Origin: Zestosphaera sp.
Lineage (GTDB): Archaea; Thermoproteota; Thermoprotei_A; Sulfolobales; NBVN01
Direction of reading: 5' to 3'
DNA: 64,000 nt
Assembly (NCBI GenBank): GCA_038843015.1
Contig: JAWBSH010000003.1
Location: 133,343 to 197,342, forward strand
Both the position numbers and the translations under genes were made by a program. The notes beneath the pieces were generated by a model. That model was not told where the DNA came from. It did no database searches and was given only the letters and a program-made list of their open reading frames with translations. Positions 57,401 to 64,000 of the stretch are shown here, piece after piece. Every line of letters starts with the position of its first letter. Within the stretch, counting starts at the first letter, position 1.

Positions 57401-58076
57401 ACCTCTTGATTCTAAACAGATTAAGGCTTTGAGAGCTGCCGGCGTGATCTCTTTCGCAGTGCTTTTAAGACCAGATGATTACAGGCTATACGACCTTATC
57501 TTCAAGAGGTTTATAGCTAGTCAAATGAGTCCTTCAAAAGTTGAAAAGACTTCGTTTAAGCTAGTCTTTAACGAATTCGTTAAAGAATTTACTTTCGTGA
57601 CTAAGGTAGTGGAGGAAGGCTTTAGCAAGCTAAACAAGTACTTTAACGTCGTCAGTCTCGGTAACTTGAGGGACGGCGAGTACGTAGTTCTTGAAGTTAG
57701 TTCTAGAGCAGTACCAGAACACCCTCTATACACTTATAGCGATTTAGTAGAGCTCATGAAGGACAGAGGTATAGGGAGGCCGTCAACATACGCTAAAATC
57801 TTAGACATACTTAGGAGGAGAGGCTACGCGATAGAGGTCGGGAAAGGCAAGTTAGTAGCTACTTCTAGGGGTAGGGAAGTATTCAAATTCCTTAACGAAA
57901 AATTCAGTGACTTAATTAATGAAGAAAGGACTAGAAAGCTTCAAGAAAAGATAGATTTGATAGAAGCAGGTAGGGAGAGCCCCGAAAGCGTCTTGAGAGA
58001 ATTTTACAGAGAGATTAAGAATATAAGAGCTTATAGAGCTACTAAACTTATTAGCTCTGTCAAATCAAATAACTAG
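54462..58076 (+). CDS. rgy: reverse gyrase
   Basis: 1204 aa. It has an N-terminal zinc finger (CPNCGG...CSSC), an SF2 helicase module (APTGSGKT, DDVD, SGAT), then a topoisomerase IA module (LFVVESPNKARTIARLFG, DPDAEGEKIAWD, ITYHRTDS). Confidence 0.95.
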   Translation: MTIEAVFRGLCPNCGGDVESNRLAKGLPCSSCLSSKRELELMRDGYLRKLKIIEEKVKEVDEVFLKVVNSRMWGLQRLWARRFFNNESFAMIAPTGSGKTTMQIMLALYAAREGRRSLILVPTSLLASQVHSKTLSIRDKLGLSDVRVVAYHSLMTEKNKKEAIMEVSEASIIITTPASLMKKPELRQPVSIAFIDDVDSFLRRSKSVEIVLRMLGVAGEDEELANKVQELESKARKLALENPEEARRVLDEAHKLRTSLQERIKGIIVVSGATQTARRTKRIKMLNTLYGFTVGGKTEIGRNITDFYVRPRNETIEELVAEIIKKAGGGGLIYVPMDKGAEYVKRLTDFLKGRGFRVEAYLGSRKRVFNKFVEGELDALVGIASYRSPLTRGIDLPERVRYAVFAGVPKFRLRISVEDFQPSRWLILLNEIRDAVYSKYPEEFDKILGGLIKIRTASRETLELVREALKNGRELSDYQEFVRRVAEESLRFMNKVLKDPEVINKLKESKTITFGGREGEYFFVIPDAISYIQASGRTSRLYVGGLTKGLSVLVVDEEKAFNALLRDLKWLLETVEFVEYDEKLVSRVLKEVDRDRVRVRQALEGKLRVRGRELMKTTLFVVESPNKARTIARLFGRPTKRVISGLQTYEVLTENRLMIITATGGHILDLVTDEGRFGVLVKGSLFRPIYKPIRRCVKCGRDVPEDEVKCPSCGSEVFVESKPVIEVLRKLASQVDEILVGTDPDAEGEKIAWDITLLLKPLNNNIYRVKFHEVTRRGLTEALNNLTSVSESMVHAQIVRRIEDRWIGFSLSPVLWRKFNLNFLSAGRVQTPVLGWIVDRTNKHKIKAELVTLKLEGVDAPLIFKAPKGFADAVRKAGKVILTDVRRSLQEIYPPPPYTTDTMLSEATRVLKVSASKVMESAQRLFEAGLITYHRTDSTTVSSLGVSIAKDYIQRVFGEEFFQGRKWEREGAHECIRPTRPLDSKQIKALRAAGVISFAVLLRPDDYRLYDLIFKRFIASQMSPSKVEKTSFKLVFNEFVKEFTFVTKVVEEGFSKLNKYFNVVSLGNLRDGEYVVLEVSSRAVPEHPLYTYSDLVELMKDRGIGRPSTYAKILDILRRRGYAIEVGKGKLVATSRGREVFKFLNEKFSDLINEERTRKLQEKIDLIEAGRESPESVLREFYREIKNIRAYRATKLISSVKSNN

Positions 58077-58086
58077 GTGATTAGAC

Positions 58087-58521
58087 GTGAAAACAGAAAT
58101 GAAAGACATGATAATAAGAGTTAATGGTAAGAGAGTTTCACCGACTAAGATGGTCGTGAAGTGCGGCAACTACGAGGTAGTGACAGATAAGGTGGGGGGT
58201 GAGGCGCCAAGCCCTGTAGAATACGTTTTGGCTGCTCTAGCTGGATGCATAAATATAGTCGGGACTTTAGTAGCTAAAGACTTAGGAATAAATATTGAGA
58301 CTCTAGAAGTGAGTGTAGAGGGAGTGCTCAACCCGAGCAAGTTTACAACAGGTGTTGGAGAGAGAGCAGGCTATAAAGAAATAAGAACTGAAGTTCTAGT
58401 CAAAAGTGACGCAGACTTAGAAACTCTAAGAAAATGGATCAAGTTAGTTGAGGAGCGCTGTCCAGTAGGCGATAACTTATCTAACGTTACTACAGTAATA
58501 ACTAACGTTAAAAATATTTAG
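58087..58521 (+). CDS. OsmC/Ohr-family peroxiredoxin-like protein
   Basis: SPVEYVLAALAGCINI and ERCPV motifs carry the two conserved cysteines. Length is 144 aa. Confidence 0.8.
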   Translation: MKTEMKDMIIRVNGKRVSPTKMVVKCGNYEVVTDKVGGEAPSPVEYVLAALAGCINIVGTLVAKDLGINIETLEVSVEGVLNPSKFTTGVGERAGYKEIRTEVLVKSDADLETLRKWIKLVEERCPVGDNLSNVTTVITNVKNI

Positions 58522-58647
58522 TTTTCGCATAACTGAGGTAGCGTCAAGACAAGAATATAAAAAGAGTTTAGAAATTCTAGCCACGTATTTTTAAGCTCAA
58601 GTAGTTCAAAACCTCTTTTTCTTGAAGAGCTTAAAACTACTGTTAGG

Positions 58648-58721
58648 TGGGGCCGCGGGGATTTGAACCCCGGACCACGGGGACCCAAGCCCCGCATTCT
58701 ACCAAGCTAAACTACGGCCCC
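58648..58721 (-). tRNA. tRNA-Pro (anticodon UGG)
   Basis: The reverse complement folds as a 74-nt cloverleaf. The acceptor stem is GGGGCCG/CGGCCCC. The anticodon stem CGGGG/CCCCG carries the loop CUUGGGU. The T arm is CGGGG-UUCAAAU-CCCCG. The discriminator is A, there is no intron, and CCA is not encoded. Confidence 0.9.
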
Positions 58722-59054
58722 CACCTAACAAAACTAGAAACCCAAATATATAAAGCTAATCACAACAAGTCAAACTTCTTAAGTCTTTAAGATAAACTAT
58801 CAAGAGATAAACCTGCTAACAACCTCCAAGTTTAAGTCTTAGTTTTCTCCTAATCATCCGCTCAAGACTCAGCAGTCAAGAAGACTATAAAACTACTTTA
58901 TTATAGTAAAGTGAATAAAACTAAACTTATGGTCTTAGTTTCTCGAAAATGTCTCAATCTTTAGGAGTTGTAAGTATTAAAAATAATTGCTGGTTGCGAA
59001 TTGTAAGGAGCTAAAATGCTTGTTTTCAGATAGGGCATATTTTAAGTAGGGTTC

Positions 59055-59300
59055 ACAACTGTTTTAGTGTGTTAGGTTTATAAAGGTTTTTGTAGGATTT
59101 TTTTCATGATGATGAGAGATACTTCAAGCCACCTGAAGATGGAACTAGATGTGAGCCCCGTGCCGTTGGGCTTGAAGGGTGCTCATGACCCCCGCGTGGA
59201 GTGGCTAGTAGCCACAGTGAATCGCGGGGTAGAGGCACAACCCGTCCTAGAAAAACCTAGGACGGGAAACGGTAATCTCTGAGAGCTTCTGAAGTGCTAG
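59055..59300 (+). ncRNA. GC-rich structured intergenic element, copy D (leader homologous to C; box C/D-like termini)
   Basis: Leader ACAACTGTTTTAGTGTGTTAGG. The 5' AUGAUGAGAGAU (59109-20) pairs through AGAGAU/AUCUCU with the 3' AUCUCUGAGAG (59275-85). Internal helices are perfect: 7 bp at 59190-96/59223-29 and 10 bp at 59241-50/59257-66. Confidence 0.55.
59077..59084 (+). promoter_or_regulatory. candidate archaeal TATA box (TTTATAAA) for element D
   Basis: It matches the archaeal TATA consensus and lies about 22-28 nt upstream of the AUGAUGAUGAG 5' motif of element D. Confidence 0.35.
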
Positions 59301-59382
59301 CGTTAATCTTTACTTCGTGCTCGTGTTTTTAAGGCATTAAAAGTTTTATCTTGATAACTGTTATATTATATGTGAGTAGTGT

Positions 59383-60834
59383 ATGGTAAAGATCCCACAG
59401 AACTTCTTACTTGGTTTTAGTGAATCAGGCTTTCAATTTGAGATGGGGTTTCCTGAGCAAGTAGACCCTAACACGGACTGGTGGGTGTGGGTCCACGACC
59501 CTAATAATATCATCTCAGGTATTGTGAGTGGTCACCTACCTGAAGAGGGTCCCGGCTATCTAACGCTGTATAAGGCAGACCACGACATAGCTGAGAAATT
59601 AGGTGCCGACACGTTGAGATTAGGAATAGAGTGGAGCAGGATATTTCCTGAATCTACGAAGCAAGTACAAGTGTCTGTGGAGAGAGACGAAGAGGGGGTC
59701 ATAACTCGTGTTGAGGTTAGTGAGAGTGCTTTGAATTCTCTTCGAGAACTAGCTAATAAGAATGCTATAGAGACTTACAAGAAGTTGTTTAAGGACTGGA
59801 GTGATAGGGGGAAGAAACTCATACTTAACTTAAATCACTTTACCCTTCCTTCCTGGATTCACCACCCGATAGAGTTGAGGTTGCGTGGTATTAGTTCAGC
59901 GCCCTCAGGCTGGTTAAGTGACGACTCGATAATAGAATTCGCTAAATATGCTCACTTAGTAGCGAACGAATTCTACGATTTAGCGGATATGTGGAGCACA
60001 CTCAATGAACCAAACGCGTTAGCTACTGCAGGCTACCTAAACGTCAAATCTGGATTTCCTCCAGGACTCGCAAGTCTTGAGTATACTATGATAGCCTTAA
60101 GAAATCAAGTAATAGCCCATGCTAGGGCTTACGATGCTCTAAAAGAAGTTACTAGAAAGCCTGTCGGCCTAATACATAACTTCATGTGTTTCGAGCCCCT
60201 AAACATCGAAAATCCAGACGACCTCTCCGCAGCATCTAACGCCTCATACATGTATAATTACTTATTCATAGACTCTGTTACGCGAGGGTCGTCTATGTTA
60301 ATTTCTTCAGATTCTTTGAAAGACAAGCTTGACTGGATAGGCGTGAATTACTACACTAGAATGGTTGTCACGTCAGATAAGAGAGTAGCTATGGGTTGGA
60401 AGTATGTCCCAGGCTACGGATTTCTCTGCGCCTCTGAGGGGTTGAGTAAGGCTGGCAGACCCTGTAGCGACTTCGGGTGGGAAGTCTACCCTGAAGGTTT
60501 AGAGAAGATATTAGTTGAAACCTACAATAAGTATAAACTACCAATAATAGTCAGCGAAAACGGAATAGCAGACGCCACGGACAAGTACAGGTCCTCCTAC
60601 ATATTAACGCATCTCTTAAGTACTATGAAAGCTATGGAGAAGGGAGTTGATGTCAGGGGTTACCTACACTGGGCTCTGATAGATAATTATGAGTGGGCCG
60701 CCGGCTACAACATGAAGTTTGGATTAGTTAAAGTAGATTTGACAACGAAGAAACGATATTTAAGACCTAGTGCCCTACTCTATAGAGAGATCGCGTCAAG
60801 GCGCGAAATACCTGAGGAACTTCTATTTACGTGA
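59383..60834 (+). CDS. GH1 beta-glycosidase (LacS-like)
   Basis: Acid/base TLNEPN and nucleophile VSENGIAD motifs, plus DNYEWAAGY. Length is 483 aa. Confidence 0.9.
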   Translation: MVKIPQNFLLGFSESGFQFEMGFPEQVDPNTDWWVWVHDPNNIISGIVSGHLPEEGPGYLTLYKADHDIAEKLGADTLRLGIEWSRIFPESTKQVQVSVERDEEGVITRVEVSESALNSLRELANKNAIETYKKLFKDWSDRGKKLILNLNHFTLPSWIHHPIELRLRGISSAPSGWLSDDSIIEFAKYAHLVANEFYDLADMWSTLNEPNALATAGYLNVKSGFPPGLASLEYTMIALRNQVIAHARAYDALKEVTRKPVGLIHNFMCFEPLNIENPDDLSAASNASYMYNYLFIDSVTRGSSMLISSDSLKDKLDWIGVNYYTRMVVTSDKRVAMGWKYVPGYGFLCASEGLSKAGRPCSDFGWEVYPEGLEKILVETYNKYKLPIIVSENGIADATDKYRSSYILTHLLSTMKAMEKGVDVRGYLHWALIDNYEWAAGYNMKFGLVKVDLTTKKRYLRPSALLYREIASRREIPEELLFT

Positions 60835-61074
60835 CATTCTTAGCTAAATAAGGTCTGTTAAACCCTGTTGAGCCAACGCAACGCCTCTAAATTAATGAAC
60901 TTTTGCCTTTAACTTAGTTAATGACCCATGATAGAGTAGCTACATTAGTTAGAAGTATTTTTGCCTCCGCAGGAATAGTGTATTAGTTGCTGAGAGAATT
61001 AGTAAATCTATTTTATTGTAATTGAAGAAAATATTATTAGTGACAAATCTAAGGAAGCATTACCACAGTTTGGG

Positions 61075-62424
61075 GTGTGTAGTATGGTCTCAAAGAAGAT
61101 TATAGTATTATTCTTCATTGCTATGTTAATGATGCTTTACGCAGATCAAAACCTAGTAGCTCCAATGTTGAGGACTTTAAGAAGTGAAGGGATGATAATT
61201 GGTGGCGACGACTGGTATTACTATGCTGGCTTGCTTGGAACTATTCCTGTACTGTCTGGGATCATTACAACGTTCGTATGGGGATATCTCGCAGACAAGT
61301 TAAGCAGGAGGTCACTGTTTGCTACAGCCGTGCTAGTTGGTGAAATTCCGTGCTTTCTGACTGCCTTTGCCAACGATTATTATCAGATATTAATTCTTCG
61401 CGCGTTAACAGGTATCGGGATAAACGGGGCGGCTCCAGTAGCTAGAGCGTTAATCTCTGATTTATACTCTCCGGAGGAAAGAGGAAGAGGTTACGCGTTG
61501 TATAATTTCGGGTCTGGTTTCGGGGTACTTCTTGGAATGTTATTAGCTGGCATAACTCTGAGTTTTGGCCTGAGTTGGAGGGTTCCTTTTATGTTGGCGG
61601 CTGCACCTAACTTTATTTTAGTCCCCCTGTTTCTGTCAGTTGTTAAGGAAGTAAAGCTAGGGTATGCTGAGCCAGAAATTAGGAGACTCTACGAGGCAGG
61701 ACGTGAATACAGGTTCAGGATTAATTTGAGGGACTTCCTTACTGCCTTGATCACTACCCCCACATTAATATTTATGTATCTACAGGGAGTACCTGGAACT
61801 TTCCCTTGGGGCGCTATACCTTACTGGGCACCCACATTCTTCCAGGAGAAGTGGGGTCTGTCTGAAGGGACAGCAACACTCATAGTGTTCGTGGCCGGGA
61901 TGGGGATGATGGTAGGATACTTCATCGGTGGACTACTCTCAGATAAGCTTGTGAGCAAGGGTTTGTCTAATGGGAGATTATTAGTTCCTTTCACGGGGAT
62001 TCTCATAGGAACCTTCACAGTGATATCGCTTCTCTCATACCCCTACCCATACGGGGTAGAATCATTGGCGGCGTTAATGCCGGTATTAATTATTAGTTTG
62101 CTGGGAATGACTTTCGTCACTTTTGCCGCCCCCAACGTGCCTGCAGTCCTCAGTGAGGTCTCATTACCTGAACATAGGGGAACCATTTTTGGAATATTCA
62201 ACATAACAGATAACATAGGCTCGGCTTTCGGTCCGATGGTAGCCAGTGCGTTCATGGTATTCTTTCTCTCTAGTGGTGTTTCAGAACCTGATAACATGCT
62301 ACATGGTTTGGTAGCCGTGAGCCTTCTGTGGATTCCTTGTGCGCTCTTATGGCTTCCTGCATTAAAGACTTACAAGAAGGACAAGGCAAAGTTAAGAAGG
62401 ACTCTGGCTGAGAGAGGTATTTAA
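61075..62424 (+). CDS. MFS transporter
   Basis: 12 TM helices and the MFS loop motif GYLADKLSRRS. The start may be the ATG at 61084. Confidence 0.8.
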   Translation: MCSMVSKKIIVLFFIAMLMMLYADQNLVAPMLRTLRSEGMIIGGDDWYYYAGLLGTIPVLSGIITTFVWGYLADKLSRRSLFATAVLVGEIPCFLTAFANDYYQILILRALTGIGINGAAPVARALISDLYSPEERGRGYALYNFGSGFGVLLGMLLAGITLSFGLSWRVPFMLAAAPNFILVPLFLSVVKEVKLGYAEPEIRRLYEAGREYRFRINLRDFLTALITTPTLIFMYLQGVPGTFPWGAIPYWAPTFFQEKWGLSEGTATLIVFVAGMGMMVGYFIGGLLSDKLVSKGLSNGRLLVPFTGILIGTFTVISLLSYPYPYGVESLAALMPVLIISLLGMTFVTFAAPNVPAVLSEVSLPEHRGTIFGIFNITDNIGSAFGPMVASAFMVFFLSSGVSEPDNMLHGLVAVSLLWIPCALLWLPALKTYKKDKAKLRRTLAERGI

Positions 62425-62434
62425 AAGCTAATTT

Positions 62435-63766
62435 TTATTTCGTTAGCTTATTTTTGTCAACTCTAACACCCTCATCAATTGAGACGACCCACCCTCTCCG
62501 TATAACATCCCTGGTTTGGCGAATTACTTCGAGTCCCTTCTCTCGACTCTCGACTAACGCGAGTAGGGAACCCCCCATGCCTGCACCGGATATTTTTACT
62601 CCTAGAGCGCCTGCCTCCAGGGCCTTATTCCTAATGATTTCTAACTCCGGAGTGCTTACATCATATAAATCTCTCAGCAAGACATGCTGGTAATTGATTA
62701 GTCCGCCGAGGAGTCTCAACATGTTATCGCTTGATTCCGAAGAAGAACTTAAGCAGTGAGGGCATTCCTCTCCTATAACGTCTTCTACTAGTCTACTTAG
62801 CTCTTTAGTCCAGCCCTCTTCTATCAACCTCAACGCTAGCACAGTAGATGAATGCATTTTTAGTGTGAAGAGTATTCTCTTGCTCGAGGCAGGGCTCACG
62901 TTATTTAGTAGTGGTGTGAGATCCTCTAGTTTGAGGTCAGCCCACCTGGTTTCATAGACATCCTCGCTGAGGAGAGCTCTTATATTGTGAGGAGTTTCAG
63001 GACGCTTCAACAAATCACGTAATCCTTCAACAAGCTCGCTTATCCGGGTCGAATGCACGCTTCTAGTAGAGTGCTTAATGCCTGAGTCCAGGACCGCGAA
63101 AGTTAAAGATACTTTATTGTATGTCTTGGTCCTGAAGGGAGGTTTCGTTTCTATTAGAGTCACACCGCCCATCACTGAACCATACTGGTCAAGCCTACCG
63201 CACGGAATTCCCATCAAGTCATGTTCGCTATGATAAGCTAACTCAGCAATTTCTTGTCTAGATAGTCTTAACCCGAATAACTCGCTTAGGCCCGTGACTA
63301 CAGCTACTTGCAACGCAGCACTACTGGCTAGTCCCGACGCTATAGGTACCTCACTAGAGATAAGCATATTGAAGTTTCTTATACTCGCCCCTCTCTCGCG
63401 AAGAGCCATAATGACTGACCTAACGTAGTTACCAAACCACCCCTCCTCCCTAAGTGATGTTGTGTGGGCATCGAATATATCAACGCATTCACTAACCTCC
63501 CCACATAAGTTAACTGAGACAACACGTGAGATTGACTCAGCCCTAGATAATGCAACATAAGTTCTTTTATTGATAGCTACTGAAACGACTGGCAGCCCCT
63601 TATAGTCTTGGTGTGTGTTCAGGAAGTCTAAGCGTCCAGGCGCGGACACAATTAGAGGAGGTAGTGTAGAGAAAAAGTTTTCGTATTCTCTTGAAATTCT
63701 CTCTATGACCTCAGAAGCACTGTCCAAGTACGTCACCCAACATCTTAACACTCTCTCTGCAAGCAT
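62435..63766 (-). CDS. galK: galactokinase-like GHMP kinase
   Basis: GalK signature SAPGRLDFLNTHQDY and GHMP motif PIASGLASSAALQVA, with C-terminal SGAGMGGS. Confidence 0.75.
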   Translation of the reverse strand: MLAERVLRCWVTYLDSASEVIERISREYENFFSTLPPLIVSAPGRLDFLNTHQDYKGLPVVSVAINKRTYVALSRAESISRVVSVNLCGEVSECVDIFDAHTTSLREEGWFGNYVRSVIMALRERGASIRNFNMLISSEVPIASGLASSAALQVAVVTGLSELFGLRLSRQEIAELAYHSEHDLMGIPCGRLDQYGSVMGGVTLIETKPPFRTKTYNKVSLTFAVLDSGIKHSTRSVHSTRISELVEGLRDLLKRPETPHNIRALLSEDVYETRWADLKLEDLTPLLNNVSPASSKRILFTLKMHSSTVLALRLIEEGWTKELSRLVEDVIGEECPHCLSSSSESSDNMLRLLGGLINYQHVLLRDLYDVSTPELEIIRNKALEAGALGVKISGAGMGGSLLALVESREKGLEVIRQTRDVIRRGWVVSIDEGVRVDKNKLTK

Positions 63767-64000
63767 CTTTCAACTCACTAGCTTTCTCTTCAGGCACTCC
63801 GTCATACGTAAAGACCCAGTAACCCCATTCAATCCCTGCCGCATACTTCAGCTTTTCTTCATCTCTGTAGGGTTGATAAAACTCTACGTGAAAATGATAT
63901 ACGTAGCTCCCTTTAGAAGGGTGATTGTGTAGTACCATAATGTATGGAGCATCACGTTTTAGTAGTGTGGCGTAAGTTGCCGTGACTACCCTCAGAGCAT
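63711..64000 (-). CDS. galT: galactose-1-phosphate uridylyltransferase, C-terminal part (5' end off-window)
   Basis: The frame stays open to the window edge. The YHFHVEFYQP segment is typical of the second half of archaeal/Thermotoga-type GalT. The gene overlaps the galK start by 56 nt. Confidence 0.6.
   Translation of the reverse strand, partial: ALRVVTATYATLLKRDAPYIMVLHNHPSKGSYVYHFHVEFYQPYRDEEKLKYAAGIEWGYWVFTYDGVPEEKASELKDACRESVKMLGDVLGQCF

Noticed and set aside
58522-59054. tRNA-Pro flanks as a possible integration site for a mobile element.
   Set aside because: No integrase, no direct repeat of the tRNA 3' end and no foreign-looking genes lie nearby. The flanks are short A/T-rich spacers.
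27954-59300. Whether elements A-D are simply RNase P RNA, SRP (7S) RNA, a TPP riboswitch or canonical C/D or H/ACA sRNAs.
   Set aside because: I found no GGAAAGUCC-type RNase P CR-I or ACAGAA CR-V. I found no SRP helix-8 GGAA/AGCA pattern and no TPP CUGAGA...ACCUGAUCUGGAUAAUGCCAGCG core. The elements are 3-5 times longer than C/D sRNAs and lack D'/C' boxes. Four paralogous copies also argue against single-copy housekeeping RNAs. This is not excluded without a covariance-model search.
1-64000. CRISPR arrays, cas genes, IS elements/transposases, rRNA genes.
   Set aside because: I found no regularly spaced direct repeats, no terminal inverted repeats around a transposase-like ORF, and no rRNA-like conserved stretches on either strand.

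Overview
The window is a densely packed chromosomal segment that looks like a hyperthermophilic crenarchaeon. The evidence is reverse gyrase, archaeal-type TyrRS and AsnRS, indolepyruvate:ferredoxin oxidoreductase, ADP-forming acyl-CoA synthetase and a HypA/Mrp-type HypB pair. A Desulfurococcales-like origin is inference only. Most genes are housekeeping or metabolic: amidohydrolases, nucleoside salvage, two ECF-type transporter modules, a BMP-family nucleoside ABC importer, methylmalonyl-CoA decarboxylase/carboxyltransferase parts, hyp maturation genes, SufS, and a GH1/MFS/GalK/GalT sugar cluster. There is one tRNA-Pro(UGG). I saw no rRNA, CRISPR array, IS element, transposase or integrase. 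Items worth a second look: (1) a family of four, possibly five, GC-rich structured intergenic elements of about 200-300 nt. They share an A/T-rich 'ACTGT' leader and 5'/3' closing helices, show base-pair covariation between copies, and did not match any RNA family consensus I could recall. (2) A threonine-synthase-fold protein whose PLP-binding lysine is replaced (NPTGSF-I-DRG). It is fused to a C-terminal winged helix and sits just upstream of an ECF transporter. (3) A translationally coupled three-gene operon with no recognisable domains: a 358 aa protein, a 734 aa polytopic-membrane plus helical protein, and a protein of about 290-317 aa. One of the RNA elements lies immediately downstream of it. 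(4) A deaminase-type amidohydrolase that overlaps the archaeal riboflavin pyrimidine reductase gene. (5) Head-to-head 5'-truncated remnants of a sodium:solute symporter gene and hisD, which mark a deletion or rearrangement scar. All functional calls rest on motif recognition by eye. No database search was run.
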